From the NCBI RefSeq assembly GCF_009914755.1, contig NC_060930.1: a stretch of DNA of 64,000 nucleotides; one strand, given 5' to 3'. Every line of letters starts with the position of its first letter. The first letter of the stretch is position 1. Below the pieces are notes generated by a model. It made no database searches. It was not told the origin of the DNA and worked only from the letters and a program-made list of their open reading frames with translations. A program made the translations under genes and the position numbers. Positions 15,836 to 36,415 of the stretch are shown piece by piece. This DNA comes from the human T2T-CHM13v2.0 reference genome, Homo sapiens.

Positions 15836-18800
15836 TATACCCTTCAGATCGGGAAAATGGTGGATAGGAGGTAGGACTAACTTGCAGCTCCCACTCGGAT
15901 GGACAGAACAGTGGGTGGAGACTCACATTATGAGCTTTTGCTCCAAGAACTACCACAGGAACATACCAGTAAAACCAAAAGAATTCACAGACCCTTTGAA
16001 AGAAGCAGCTTGTTGCTGCAAACTCCGAGAGACAGCTGAAAAGCTGTGAGTGCCCAAAATGTGAGATGGGGAAAGTCTACCTCTGAACACACATCCTCAC
16101 CCCAATTCATTTCAGCTCTAGATAAGGTTAAATTTTTCTAGGTAAGGTTAAATCCTTCTAGGTTAAATCCTTCATGAGAGAGAAGGATTTAACCTTACCT
16201 AGAGCTGAAATGAATTTAGAGAGCTGAAAGGAATATAAAAGTAGAAGCAGCAGCAGGAAGAGCCCTGTAGGCACTTCTGGCCCCTAAGGAAGCCCAGGGA
16301 ACCCATTTCTGACTTTATTTCACAGGTGTCCTTGGGGAGGGCTGCCAGTGGAATTGGGGAAAGGCCACAGGGAGAAGAAAACATCTGGCTTTTTGTAATT
16401 TTGTAATAATTTCAACAGAGTGCAAATTTTCCAGGGCAGAACTGGGGGGTTGGGGTGAAGGGAGAGAGCACAGAAAGCATTGTGGGGAGGGGCGAAGCCT
16501 GAAATCCTGCTTGTTTTCTCAGCAGGGAGGCTTGTAGCCTGGGGCAAGTTCCCAGCTCCACTCACTGGCTGCCTGCATATAAACTCGGTGCTGTTGAGGG
16601 AGCATGGCAGTCCACCTCACTCCCCTCCTGCTACCTCCACTGGAGCAGGTGCTGGTATCCACGGCTGAGGGACCTGAAGATTGATCATATCACAGGACTC
16701 TGCAGACACTTCCCAGTACCAGCCCAAAGCCTGGTAGCTCCACTGGGTGGCTAGACACAGAAATAACAATCACTGCAGTCCAGCTCTCAGGAAGCCCCAT
16801 TCCTAGGGAAAGAGGGAGAGCACCACATCAAATGAACACATGTTGGACAAAAGAACTGAGATCTTTTCTCTGTCATAATCTACCCAAATGAGAAGGAGTC
16901 AGAAAAACAATTCCTGTGCTATGACAAAACAAGGTTCTTTAACACCCCCAGAAGATCACACTAGCTCACCAGCAATTGATTTAAACCAAGATGAAGTATC
17001 TGAATTGCCAGAAAAAGAATTCAGAAGGTCAATTTTTAAGCTACTCAAGGAGGCACCAGAGAAAGGTGAATACCAACTTAAAGAAATTAAAAAAAAAAGT
17101 TATAGGATATGGATGGAAAAATCTCCAGAGAAATAGGTAGCATAAGAAACAATCACAACTTATGGGAATGAAGGACACACTTGTAGACATGCAAAATACC
17201 TGGAAATTCTCAACAATAGAATCAAACAAATAGAAGAAAGAATTTCAGAGCCCAAAGACAAGGATTTGAATTAACACAATCTGATAAAGACAAAGAAAAA
17301 AGATTTTTTTTTTAATGAAAAAAGCCTCCAAGAAGTTTGGGATATGTTAAGCAGCCAAACCTAAGAATAATTGGTGTTCCTGAGGAAGAAGAGAAATCTA
17401 AAAGTTTGTAAAACATATTTGAAGGAATAATTGAGGAAAACTTCTCTGGAGGTGCTAGAGACCTAAACATTCGAATACAAGAAGCTCAAAGAACATCTGG
17501 GAAATTCATTACAAAAGGATCATTGCCTAGGCACATAGTCATCAGGTTATCTAAAGTCAAGAAGAATGAAAGAATCTTAAGAGCTGTGAGTCAAAAGCAT
17601 CAGGTAACCTAGAAAGGAAAACCTAGCAGATAAACAGCAGATTTGTCAGCAGAGACCCTACAAGATAGAAGGGATTGGGGTTCTATATTTAGCCTCCTAC
17701 AACAAAATGATTATCAGCCAAGAATTTTGTATCCAGTGACTAAGGTTCATAAATAAAGGAAAGATAGTCTTTTCCAGACTAATAAATGCTGAGAGAATTC
17801 GCCACTATCAAGCCAGCACTACAAGAACTACTAAAAGAAGTTCTAAATCCTGAAACACAAACCTCAAAATGCACCAAAATAGGACTTTCTTAGAGCATCA
17901 ACCTCACAGGACCTATAAAACAATAACACAACAACAACAACAAAAACAAGGTATTCAGGCAATAACTAGCATGATGAATAGAATAATACCTCACCTCTCA
18001 ATACTAACACTGAGTGTAAATGGCCTAAAGGCTCTACTTAAAAGATACAGAATGGGAGAATGGATAAAAATTCACCAACCAAATACCTGCAATCTTCAAG
18101 AGACTCACCTAACAGATAAGGATTTATATAAACTTAAGGTAAAGGAGTAGAAAAAGATATTCCATGCAAATGGACACCAAAAGCAAGTAGGAGTAGCTAT
18201 TCTTATATTAGACAAAACAAACTTTAAAGCAACAACAATTAAAAAAAAGACAAAGAGGGACATTATATAAAGATAAAAGGTATAGTGCAACAGGAAAATA
18301 TCACAGTCCTAAATATAAATGCACCTAACACTGGAGCTTCCAAATTTTTGAAACAATTTATAGTAAACCTAAGAAATGAGATAGACAGAAAACAATAGTG
18401 GGAGACTTCAATACTCAACTGAAAGAACTAGACAGGTCATAAAGATGGAAAGTCAACAATGAAACAATGGACTTAAAGTATACCCTAGACAAACAAACTT
18501 AACAGACATTTACAGAACATCCCACTGACAACTGCAGAATATACATTCTATTCAACTGCACATGGAACATTCTTCAAGATAGATCATATGATAGGTCACT
18601 AAACAAGTTTCAACAAATTTAAGAAAATCGAAATTATATCAAGTACTCGTTCAGACCAGAGTGGAATAAAACTGAAAATCAACTTCAAAAGGAACTCTCA
18701 AAACCATGCAAATACATGGAAATTAAATAACGTGCTCCTGAATGATCTTTGGGTCAACAATGAAATCAAGATGGAAATGGATACAGCAAAATGGTGCTAA

Positions 18801-21800
18801 GATGAAAGTTCATAGCCTTAAATGCCTACATCAAAAAGTCTGAAGGAGCACAAATAGACAATCTAAGGTTACACCTCAAGGAACTAGAGAAACAAGAACA
18901 AACCAAACCCAAACCTAGCAAAAGAAAAGAAATAACAAAGATCTGAGCAGAACTGAATGAAATTGAAACAAAAAACTAAGATAAATGAAACAAAAAGCTG
19001 TTTCTTTGAAAAGATAAAATTGATAGAACATTAGTCAGATTAACTGAAGAGAGACGATCCAAAGCTAAATTAGAAACAAAATGGAAGATATTAAAACTGA
19101 TACCACAGAAATATGAAAGATTATTCAAGGGTACTATGAACACCTTTACATGCACAAACTAGAAAACCTAGAGGAGATGGATAAGTTCCTGGAAATATAC
19201 AAGCTCCTAGATTAAACCAGGAAGAAATCAAATCTCTGAACAGAACAATAACACGCAGTGAGATTGAAGTGATCATTTAAAAATTGCCAACAAATAAAAG
19301 TCCAAAACCAGATGGATTCACAACTGAATTCTATTAGAAATTCAAAGAATAATTGGTACCAATCCTGTTGATACTATTCCAAAAGATAGAGGAAATCCTC
19401 CCTAAATCATTCTATGAAGCCAGCATCATCCTAATACCAAAACCAGGAAAGGACCTAACAAGAAAATAAGACTAAAGACCAATGTCCCTGATGAACATAG
19501 ATGCAAAAATCCTCATTGCAATTCTAGCTAACTGAATTCAAAAGCATATCAAAAAGATAATCCATTATGATCAAGCAGGTTTTATAGTAGGGATGCAGGA
19601 ATGGTTTAACATATGCAAATCAATAAATGTGATGCACCACATAAACAGAATTAAAGAGAAAAATCACATGATCATCTCAATAGATGCAGAAAAAGCATTT
19701 GACAAAATTCAGCATCCCTTTATGATTAAAACCCTCAACAAAATCAGCATAGAAGGAACATATCTTAGGGTAATAAAAGCTATCTATGACAAATGCACAG
19801 TCAACATTATACTAAATGGGGAAAAGTTGAAGGCATTCCCCCTGAGAACTGAAGCAAGGTGAGGATGCCAACTTTCACCACTTCTATTCAACGTAGTACC
19901 ATAAGTTTTAGCCGGAGCAATTAGACAAGAGAACAAAATAATGTGAATTACAGTTGGCAAAGAGGAAATCAAAATTTTGCTGTTTGCCAGTGATATGATT
20001 GTATACTTAGAAAACCCTAAAAACTCATCTTAAAAGCTGCTAGAGCTGATCAATGAATTCAGTAAAGTTTCAGGATACAAAATCAAGGTACACAAATCAG
20101 TAACACTGCTTTACACTAACACGACCAAGCTGAGTCAAATTCAGAATTCAACCCCTTTTACAATAGCTGCAAAAAAAAAAAAAAAAAACCTTAGGAATAT
20201 ACCTAACCAAGGAGGTGAAATACTTCTACAAGGAAAACCTCAAAACACTGCTGAAAGAAATCATAGACAACACAAATGGAAAAACATCCCATGTTCATGG
20301 ATATGTAAACTCAATTTTGTGAAAATGACAATACTGCAAAAGCGATCTACAAGTTCAATGCAATTCCCATCAAAATACTATCATCATTCTTCACATAACT
20401 AGAAATAAAACCTTCAATTCCTATGATACCATGAAAGAGCCCACATAGCCAAAGCAAAAAGAATAAATCTGGAGGTATCACATTACCTGACTTCAAACTA
20501 TACTACAAGGCTATAGTCAACAAAACAGCAGGGTACTGGTGTAAAAGTAAGCATATAGACCAAGGGAGCAGAACAAATAACCCAGAAATAAAGCCAAATA
20601 CTTACAGCCAACTGATCTTCAACAAAGCAAACAAAAACATAAAATGGGGAATGGTCACCCTATTCAAGGAATGGTGCTAGGATAACTGGCAAGCCACATG
20701 TAGAAGAATCATACTGGATCCTCATTTCTCACCTTATACAAAAATCAACTTAAGACAGATCAAAGACTTAAATCTAAGACCTGAAAGCATAAAAATTCTA
20801 GAAGATAACATTGGAAAAACCCTTCTAGACATTGGCTTAGGCAAAGACTTCATGACCAAGAACCCCAAAGCAAATGCAACATAAGCAAAGATAAATAGAT
20901 GAGACTTAATTAAACTAAAAAGCTATTACACAGCAAGAAAAATAATCAGCAGAGTGAACAGACAACCCACAGAGTGGGAGAAAATCTTCACAAACTATGC
21001 ATGTGACAAATGAGGAATATCCAGAATCTACAAGGAACTCAAACAAATCTGCAAGAAGAAAACAAATAATCCCATCCAAAAGTGGGCTAAGGACATGAAT
21101 AGACATTTCTCAAAAGAAGATACACAAATGGCCAATAAACATTTGAAAAAATGCTCAACATCACTAATTATCAGGAAAATGCAAATCAAAACCACAATGT
21201 GATACCACCTTACTCCTGCAAGAGTAATTTTATCCATTTTAACCATAATTAAAAAATAAAAAAAAAATAGATGTTGGTGTGGATGTGGTGAAAAGGGAAC
21301 ATTTTTACACTGCTGGTAGGAATGTAAACTAGTACAACCACTATGGAAAACAGTGCAGAGACTCCTTAAAAAGCTCAAAGTAGACCTACCATTTGATCCA
21401 GCAATCTGACTGCTGAGTATCTACCCAGAGGAAAAGGAGTCATATGCAAAAAAGACACTTGTGCATACATGTTTATGGCAGCACAATTCGCAATTGCAAA
21501 AATATGGAACCAGCCCAAATGCCCATGAACCAGCAGTGGATAAAGGAAATTTGGTATATATAATGGAATACTACTCAGCCATAAAAAGGAATGAAATAAT
21601 GGCATTCATAGCAACCTGGATGGAATCGGAGACCATTATTTTAAGTTAAATAACTCAGGAATGGAAAACCAAACATCATATGTTCTCACTCTTAAGTGAA
21701 AATGCAAAGGCATAAGAATGATACAATGGACTTTAGGAACTTTGGGGGAAAAGTGGAAGGGTGAGGGTTAAAATACTACAGATTGGGTACAGTGCACACT

Positions 21801-21930
21801 GCTCAGGTTATGGGTGCACCAAAATCTCAGAAATCACCACAAAAAACTTATTCATGTAACCAAACACCACCTGCTTCTCAAAAACCTATTGAAATGAAAA
21901 AATAAAATATATCATTCAAATTAAAAAAAA
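15836..21930 (+). mobile_element. Full-length decayed L1PB1-like LINE-1 (5'UTR, ORF1, ORF2, 3'UTR)
   Basis: L1PB-type 5' end (aaaatggtggataggaggtaggactaacttgcagctccc); ORF1/ORF2 peptide fragments; L1PB1-type 3'UTR (gcaaaggcataagaatgatacaatggac...caccaaaatctcagaaatcacc); degenerate TSD aaggagataaactt (15822-15835) / aaagtgataaactt (21929-21942). Confidence 0.92.
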
Positions 21931-22969
21931 AGTGATAAACTTGTTCTACACACAAAACAACACAAAATAGAACAAACAACTACCTATGTGAGCTACTTGG
22001 AAACTTCAATCCCTTTTCTCCCCTGATTAGTTAGCGTTCATCCTGCTCACCAACACTGTTAACAGTATTTCCTCCCAGTAATGCTCCTGTTTCCCTGAGC
22101 TGAGTACAATCAAATGACAATATGTTTCCACCAAATTCCGATAACCCAGATTATCCAAATATTTGAAAGCCATTCAGAATTTCTACCCTCTGTATTTGCA
22201 ACATCCACCTACCTTGCACAAAAACAGGATACTAATATGGAAAAGGAAAATGCTGCTAGTTTTGCTGTCTATACAATAGTTGCTTAAAAATTTATAATTT
22301 GTCTCCAAAATTTTCAAATGATGAGTATAAAGTGCTGATGCTATAAGAAACACTCCATATTCCAATAAATTAATGCTCGTATTTTTATAATTTGACCTAC
22401 ACAAAAGCATTATTTGAGCTGGTTATCTAATACAGAAACATAGTGCCTATTCTGTAGAGTAGAAGATACTTACCCTAATCAGAGTACAAAGTGCAGCACT
22501 CAAGTCTAAGTTTATAATTAAAGGGTGAGTGGGTGTGGAGAAGCAAGGTTTTCACTACCAAAGACCCTTGTTTTCCAATGACACTGCTGCACTTTCAGAG
22601 GCATGCAGACATACAAATTAGAAATGTGCAAGCTAAGGTTTTGGAACTGTAGTCAAGTGACAGAGAACAGAGCTGTGGGTGAGAATTTTCCAATAGTGTT
22701 TGCAGAATTAAGGTGTACTACCTTAGCATAGTTAGTATAATCCTGAGTTTATTACCTTATCTCTTCTACTTCTGTACCTTATCATTCAAACATTTCTATC
22801 TTTCATTTATCCATGTATATTCTATTGATTTTATTAACTTATGAGTTCTCCAACCTACTTATTCAATTTTGACTCTTGTGGCTTGAGCACAGAATCTAGG
22901 TGTTGATCACTTCTAGTTCTCAATCCTAGAGATTCAGAGTAGAGACTTTTCATTTAAAAGAATAATCAA

Positions 22970-23215
22970 TCAGGCCAAGTTCAAGTCCTTCAACTGCTAA
23001 AGTAGTTGTATTAAATTGGGCTATTTAATCAATTTTCTAAACTTCTGCTTAGTCACCTGTGGCACAAATATAGTAATATCAAATGCATTGTGTTGCTAAA
23101 GAGTGTGTGTGTGTGTGTGTGTGTGTGTGGTAGTAGTAGTAGTAGTACTAGCAGTAGTAGCAGCAGGTAAAGTGCTTAGCGTAGTGCCAGGAATATTCTC
23201 TAAAATGCTTGCTAC
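22970..23215 (+). mobile_element. MIR containing a compound microsatellite
   Basis: gttcaagtcc...gtaaagtgcttagcgtagtgccagg. Confidence 0.6.
23103..23166. repeat. (GT)13 followed by imperfect (TAG/CAG)n
   Basis: Direct reading. Confidence 0.9.
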
Positions 23216-24056
23216 CATTTTATTCCAGTGGAATTTTAGAATGGTAGTTACCATTTTTATTGTTGTTATTGTTATTCCATAATCTTTATTAAGTCAAATG
23301 GAAAGCAATTGACATGTCCACCTCAATTTTATGTAGATTTTAGTAGATTTAGGGATATCAGCTGTTACTTAATCAGAAAATGATAATAGCTGAAGCATGA
23401 GAAGATGAAACATAAATAATACAGAGATATTCATTCAAACTATTACTCTAAGTTAAAATTTAAATATATATATATTTGTATTTTTCAATTACTACATCTC
23501 TTTTGTTTGAGGTTGATATTGTTTCCATGATGTATGTGTGTAAAATATCAAATTATCTATGCATGCATATGTTTCCATAGAGCTTCAAAATGTCTCAGGT
23601 ATTCAAGAATTTTTAAATCCAAATTTATTTCTTGTAGCCTCATGGGATTTTTTGTCTCAAGACATTTCCATTTTTTTTAACTTTTACAAAATATTATCAA
23701 TATATTGGCTTGTGCTGTGGTAATAGAAATTTACTAACTCCAAAGAGAAACAGAATTATATGTAAAGCTTGAGAAGTTTTCCTCATCTGGAATCTATGGT
23801 CTGAATGCAGAAGTTCTTTTATTTATAAGAAATGGCCAGTAAAACAGATAGACTGTATCACATAGTATAACATTGTTTACTGGCATGTATGAGACTTAAA
23901 TTATTTTGTTAATGCAAATTATTTGAGTCGACTAATTTTTAGTCTGCATAATCTTGAAAATACTTCGATGTATTTAGATTTAATTAGGGAATATATATAT
24001 TTTTCATCACTGGTTTTTAGTTTTAAAAAATATTAAAAGAGGCTAAAATACTTCTA

Positions 24057-24163
24057 GGGGGAGATAGAAAAAGAGAGAGTTGGAAGAGGAAGAGGGAAAG
24101 AAAAAAATGGGAAGAGGAGAAGAAAGGAAAGAGGGAAGAAGGGAGAAGCAAGGAGAGAAAAGA
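24057..24163. repeat. Purine-rich GA low-complexity tract
   Basis: Direct reading. Confidence 0.7.
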
Positions 24164-24924
24164 ATCACCAATTTGTGGTTAAAATTAAAAATATTTCTTC
24201 TTGAAATACCTAGAATACAATTGATCTAAAAAAAATTCTTTGTTCATATTCAATTAGACCTGGACATCTGCTTCCAAATGATTGTATCAAAAATAGTGGT
24301 TATTCTGAACAGTACTGTAAAGAGAGAGAGAGAGAAAAAAAAAAAAAAAAACTCTTATTCCAGTGGCAACAGATCAGAAGCCTCTCCTCAAAGGTCATAA
24401 TTATGAAAGGTACTAACAGTCTAATGATGAGCTCCAAGTGACTAAGTTGGTTCAGAAACTCCCCAGAACTCTAATTTGTGGTAAAAGGAAAGTGTGAAGA
24501 AGTCACAGGCCACAGGCAGCAGATTTCCATCCTTGCTAAACGTGCTTTCCTCACTCATTAGAGATTGGACATTAAATAAAACATCTGACAAAGACCGGGG
24601 CACTCCATCTACAGTTGTATATAAAAGAGAGAACCAATGAAAAACCTACATGTACAGTATGATGTCAGATGATCAAATAACAATTGCATTAAATGGACTG
24701 AGAAAAGCTAAGTCATGATAATTATCTGAACTTGGACACCATTCAAATAGTGTCTGGAATATGATCCATATTGTAAAAATGTCAAAGTTTATAAACCAAG
24801 GAAAATGTAAATGTGAGCAATACTTGAGTACAAATTTATAATCTTTTAAAGCACTCAAATACCTTGCTATATTAGATATTTGTCATTGCTCTGATAAATT
24901 AAGTGAGAAAGTATCATGGTAGCT

Positions 24925-25032
24925 ATTTCATTTTACAAGATAAGCTAAATGCTCAAAGAGGTTGAATCAAACAGATCTAAAGTAGTAAACAAGGGATTAG
25001 AATCCAATATACTGAATCTCAGACAAGTGCTC
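24925..25032 (-). mobile_element. MIR fragment
   Basis: cattttacaagataagctaaatgctcaaagagg...gggattagaatcca. Confidence 0.55.
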
Positions 25033-25255
25033 TTTTTTTGTTTTTGTTTTTTTACTGATACACAATCGTTGTACATATACATGGGGTACATGTGATATTT
25101 TGCATTGTGCATACAATGCATAATGGTCAGATTATTTAGAATATTCATCACCTCAAACATTACTATTTACTTGTTCTAGGAACCTGTAAAATCTTCTCTT
25201 TTAGCTATTTTGAAACATATAATAAATTATTAACTATAATCACCCTATTGTGCTC
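25033..25255 (-). mobile_element. Short L1MA-type 3' end
   Basis: T-rich tail followed by atggggtacatgtgatatttt...catcacctcaaacat...tagctattttgaaa; gtgctct on both sides. Confidence 0.8.
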
Positions 25256-25499
25256 TCTTTAATTACAGAGCAGTTGCACCTGTTGTAATTATTTTCTGCA
25301 TACTCTCCATCCACAGGATTTCACTTCCTGATTCCACTGTGTAGAAACTGGAATTTCTATTGAGGTTTTAGCCAACATGCTGCACCTGCCCTTGGGATAA
25401 AGTCTCAAAAAAAAAAAAAAAAAAAAAAAAGGGAACTGGAAAACTTATCCTCTTGCCAGTTACTTCTAATTTTTACTTCCCTCCACAGACTGTTTGTTT

Positions 25500-26398
25500 T
25501 TTTTTCTGTTTTTCCTTTATTTAACTTTTATTTTAAGTTCAGGGGCACATGTGCAGGATCTGCAGGTTTATAATGTAAGTAAACTTGTGTCATGGAGGTT
25601 TGTTATACAGATTATTTCATTACCCATGTATTAAGCCTAGTATCCACTTGTTATTTTTCCTGATCCTGTCCCTCCTCTCACCCTCACTCTCCACAAGGCC
25701 CCAGTGTGTGTGTTCCCCAATATGCGTCCATGTGTTCTCATCATTTAGCTCCCACCTATAAGTGAGAACATGTGGTATTTGGTTTTCTGTTCCTGAGTTA
25801 GTTTGCTTAGGATAATGACCTCCAGCTCCATCCATGTTCCTATAAAGGATATGATCTTGGGTTTTCTTATAACTGCATAGTATTTCATGGTGTATATGCA
25901 CCACATTTTTTTATCCAGTCTATCATTGATGGACATTTAGGTTCACTCCATGTCTTTGCTATTGTGAATAGTGTTGCAATGAACATATGTGTGCATGTGT
26001 CTTTATAATAGAATGATTTATATTCCTTTGGGTACATACTCAGTAATGAGATTGCTGGGTTGAATGGTATTTCTGTCTTTAGGTCTTTAAAGAATTGCCA
26101 CACCGTCTTCCACAATGGCTGAACTAATTTACACTCCCACCAACAGTGGATAAGTTTTCCTTTTTCTCCACAACCGTGCCAGCATCTGTTATGTTTTAAC
26201 TTTTTAATAATAGCCATTCTCACTGGTGTTAGGTAGTATCTCATTGTGGTTTTGATTTGTATTTCTCTAATGATTATTGAGGATGAGCTTTTTTATTTAT
26301 ATGATTGTTGGCTGCATGTACGTCATCTTTGAAAGGTGCCTGTTCATTTTTTGCCCACTTTTTAATGGGGTTATTTGTTTATTCTTGTAAATTTTCTT
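25500..26398 (-). mobile_element. L1PA13-16-like element A, 3' part
   Basis: ttaagttcaggggcacatgtgcagg...ttatacagattatttca 3'UTR type; continues at 35441. Confidence 0.88.
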
Positions 26399-28435
26399 AT
26401 TTATTTATTTATTTATTCTTTTTTAAATTATACTTTAAGTTCTGGAGTACATGTGCAGAACCTGCAGTTTTCTTACATAGGTATGCACATGCCATGGTGG
26501 TTTGCTATACCCATCAACCCGTCACCTACATTAGGTATTTCTCCTTATGCTATTCCTCCCCTATCCCCCAACCCCCTAACAGGCTCCAGTGTGTGATGTT
26601 TCCCTCCCTGTGTTCATGTGTTCTCCTTGTTCAACTCTCACTTATGAGTGAGAACATGTGGTGTTTGGTTTTCTATTCCTATGTTAGTTTACTGAGAATG
26701 ATGGTTTCCAGCTTCATCCATGTCCCTGTAAAGGACATGAACTCATTCTTTTTCATGGCTGCACAGTATTCCATGGTGTATATGTGCCATGTTTTCTTTA
26801 TTCAGTCTATCATTGATGGGCGTTTGGGTTGGTTCCAAGTCTTGGCTATTGTGAATAGTGCCACAATAAACATACGTGTGCATGTGTCTTTATAGTAGAA
26901 CAATTTATGTGGGTATATACCCGCTAATGGGATTGCTGGGTCAAATGGTATTTCTAGTTTTAGATCCTTGAGGAGATGCCACACTGTCTTCCACAATGCT
27001 TGAACTAACTTACACTGCCACCAACAGTGTAAAAGCATTCCTATTTCTCCACGTCCTCTCCAGCATTTGTTGTTTCCTGACTTTTTAATGATTGCCATTC
27101 TAACTGGCATGAGATGGTATCTCACTGTGGTTTTGATTTGCATTTCTCTAATGACAAGTGATAATGAGCATTTTTTCATACGTCTGTTCACTGCATAAAT
27201 GTCTTCTTTTGAGAAGTGTCTGCTCATATCCTTTGTTCATTTTTGATGTTTTTTTTTTTTGTAAATTTAATTTCTTTGTAGATTCTGGATATTAGCCCTT
27301 TGTCAGATGGATAGATTGCAAAGTTTTCTCCCATTCTGTAGGTTGCCTGTTCACTCTGATGATAGTTTATTTTGCTATGCAGAAGCTCTTTAGTTTAATT
27401 ACATCCCATTTGTCAATTTTTGACTTTTGTTGCCATTGCTTTTGGTGTTGTAGACATGAAGTCTTTTCCCATGCCTATGTCCTGAATTATATTGCCCAGG
27501 TTTTCTTCTAGGATTTTTATGGTTTTAGGTCTTACGTTTAAGTCTTTAATCCATCTTGAGTTGATTTTTGTATAAGGTATAAGGAAGGGGTCCAGTTTCA
27601 ATTTTCTGCATATGGCTAGCCAGTTTTCCCAACACCGTTTATTAAATAGGAAATATTCTCCCCATTGCTTGTTTGTGTCAGGTTTGTCAAAGATCAGATG
27701 GTTGTAGATGTGTGGTGTTATTTCTGAGGCCTCTATTCTGTTCCATTGGTCTATATATCTGTTTTGGTACCAGTACCATGCTGTTTTTGTAACTGTAGCC
27801 TTGTAGTATAGGTTGAAGTCAAGTAGCATGATGCCTCCAGCTTTGTTCTTTTTGCTTAGGATTGTCTTGGCTATGTGGGCCCTTTTTTGGTTCCATATTT
27901 TTTCCAATTCTGTGAAGAAAGTTAGTGGTAGCTTGATAGGGAGAGCATTGAATCTATAAATTACTTTGGGCAGTATGGCCATTTTCATGATATTGATTCT
28001 TCCTATCCATGAGCATGGAATGTTTTTCTATTTGTTTGTGCCCTCTCTTAATTCCTTGAGCAGTGGTTTGCAGTTCTCGTTGAAGAAGTCCTTCACATCC
28101 CTTGTAATTTGTATTCTTGGGTATTTTATTCTCTTTGTAGCAGTCGTGAATGGGAGTTCACTCATGATTTGGCTCACTGTTTGTTATTGTTGTATAGGAA
28201 TGCTTGTGATTTTTCCACATTGATTTTGTATCCTGAGACTTTCCTGAAGTTGCTTATCAGCTTACGGAGATTTGGAGCTGAGATGATAGGGTTTTCTAAA
28301 TATACAATCATGTCATCTGCAAACAGAGACAATTTGACTTCCTCTCTTTCTATTTGAATACCATTTATTGCTTTCTCTTGTCTGATTGGCCTGGCCAGAA
28401 CTTCCAATACTATGTTGAATAGGAGTGGTGAGAGA
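26399..28435 (-). mobile_element. L1PA7-like element B, 3' part
   Basis: (TTTA)n tail, then ttatactttaagttctgg...catgccatggtggtttgct 3'UTR; ORF2 C-terminal ORFs 26802-27988. Confidence 0.9.
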
Positions 28436-30795
<2,360 letters not shown>

Positions 30796-30810
30796 AGGAG
30801 TGGTGAGAGA

Positions 30811-35147
<4,337 letters not shown>

Positions 35148-35440
35148 TTTCTTAAAAGCCTCTCCTGCAGTATTTTGTGATTGATCTGTGAGGTCTGAGA
35201 AATCTTTGTTCTTGCTTTCTTGTTGTTGTTTTGATTCCTTCCTTAATTGTCTTATGCCTAACTAACTAGAAGCAATTTTCAGCATCTTCCTCACACTTAG
35301 GGCAAAGCTACACAGATGAGTAAAATCAGTATCAGCCTCTTGCATTATAGATCTCTGGGGTTTGTTTCAAGGCATGTCATATGCTTGAGCCAGAAGCCAG
35401 AAACAATCTCATCAATGTCCAAAAGGAGACCTTGCCTACA

Positions 35441-36295
35441 TTTATCACTAGATGAATAGTTTGTAAAATTTTTCTCCAATTTGTTAGATTGTCTGTTTAC
35501 TCTGTTGGTAGTTTATTTTGCTGTGCAGAAGCTCTTTAGTTTAATTAGATCCAACTTGTCAATTTTTGCTTTTGTTGCAATTGTTTTTGGCATCTTTGTC
35601 ATGAAATCTTTGCCTATTCCTATGCCCTGAATGGTATTGCCCAGGTTGTCTTCAGAATTTTTATAGTTTTGTGTTTTACATTTAAGTCTTTAATCCATCT
35701 TGAGTTAATTTTTGTACATGGTGTAAGGAAGGGGTCCAATTTCAATTTTCTTCATATGGCTGGCTAGTTATCCCAGCACCATTTATTGAATAGGGAGCCC
35801 TTTCCCCATTGCTTGCTTTTGTCCGGTTTGTCAAAGATCAGTTAGTTGTAGGTGTGTGGTCTTATTTCTGGGTTCTCTATTCTGTTCCATTGATCTATGT
35901 GTCTGTTTATGTACCAGTACCATGCTGTTTTGGTTATTGTAGCCCTGTAGTATAGTTTGAAGTAGGGTGGGGTGATGCCACCAGCTTTGTTCTTTTTGCT
36001 TAGGATTGCCTTGGGTATTCACGCTCTTTTTTGGTTCCATTTGAATTTTAAAATAGTTTTCTCTAGTTCTGAGAAGAATGTCATTGATAGTTTAATAGGA
36101 ATAGCATTGAATCTATAAATTGCTTAGGGCAGTATGGCCATTTTAACAACATTGAATCTTCCTATCCATGCTCATGGGAATATTTTTCATTTGTTTAGGT
36201 CATTTCTGATTTATCTGAGCAGTGGCTTATAGTTCTTGTAGAGATCTTTCACCTTCATAGTTAGCAGTATTCCTAAATATTTTATTTTTTGTGTG
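35441..36295 (-). mobile_element. Element A, 5'-truncated remainder
   Basis: Resumes the L1 antisense sequence roughly 30 nt beyond where 26398 stopped; degenerate TSD agactgtttgttttt (25487) / aatctgcctgttttt (36296). Confidence 0.82.
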
Positions 36296-36415
36296 AATCT
36301 GCCTGTTTTTTATTTACTTTTCAGAATATCCATGTAGTTTAGTTTTAAAAAAGATATTTTACAGACATTTTAGGTGTAATCAGTAGGAAGAATAGGGAAT
36401 AGTTAGGTTTACACC
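36296..36415 (-). mobile_element. Old L1M 5' fragment; its other half lies at about 25260-25500
   Basis: cttccctccacag (25476) continues naturally into aatctgcctgttttttatttacttttcag. Confidence 0.5.

Noticed and set aside
24424-24520. ATGATGA resembling a C/D snoRNA C box
   Set aside because: No CTGA D box or terminal stem at a suitable distance
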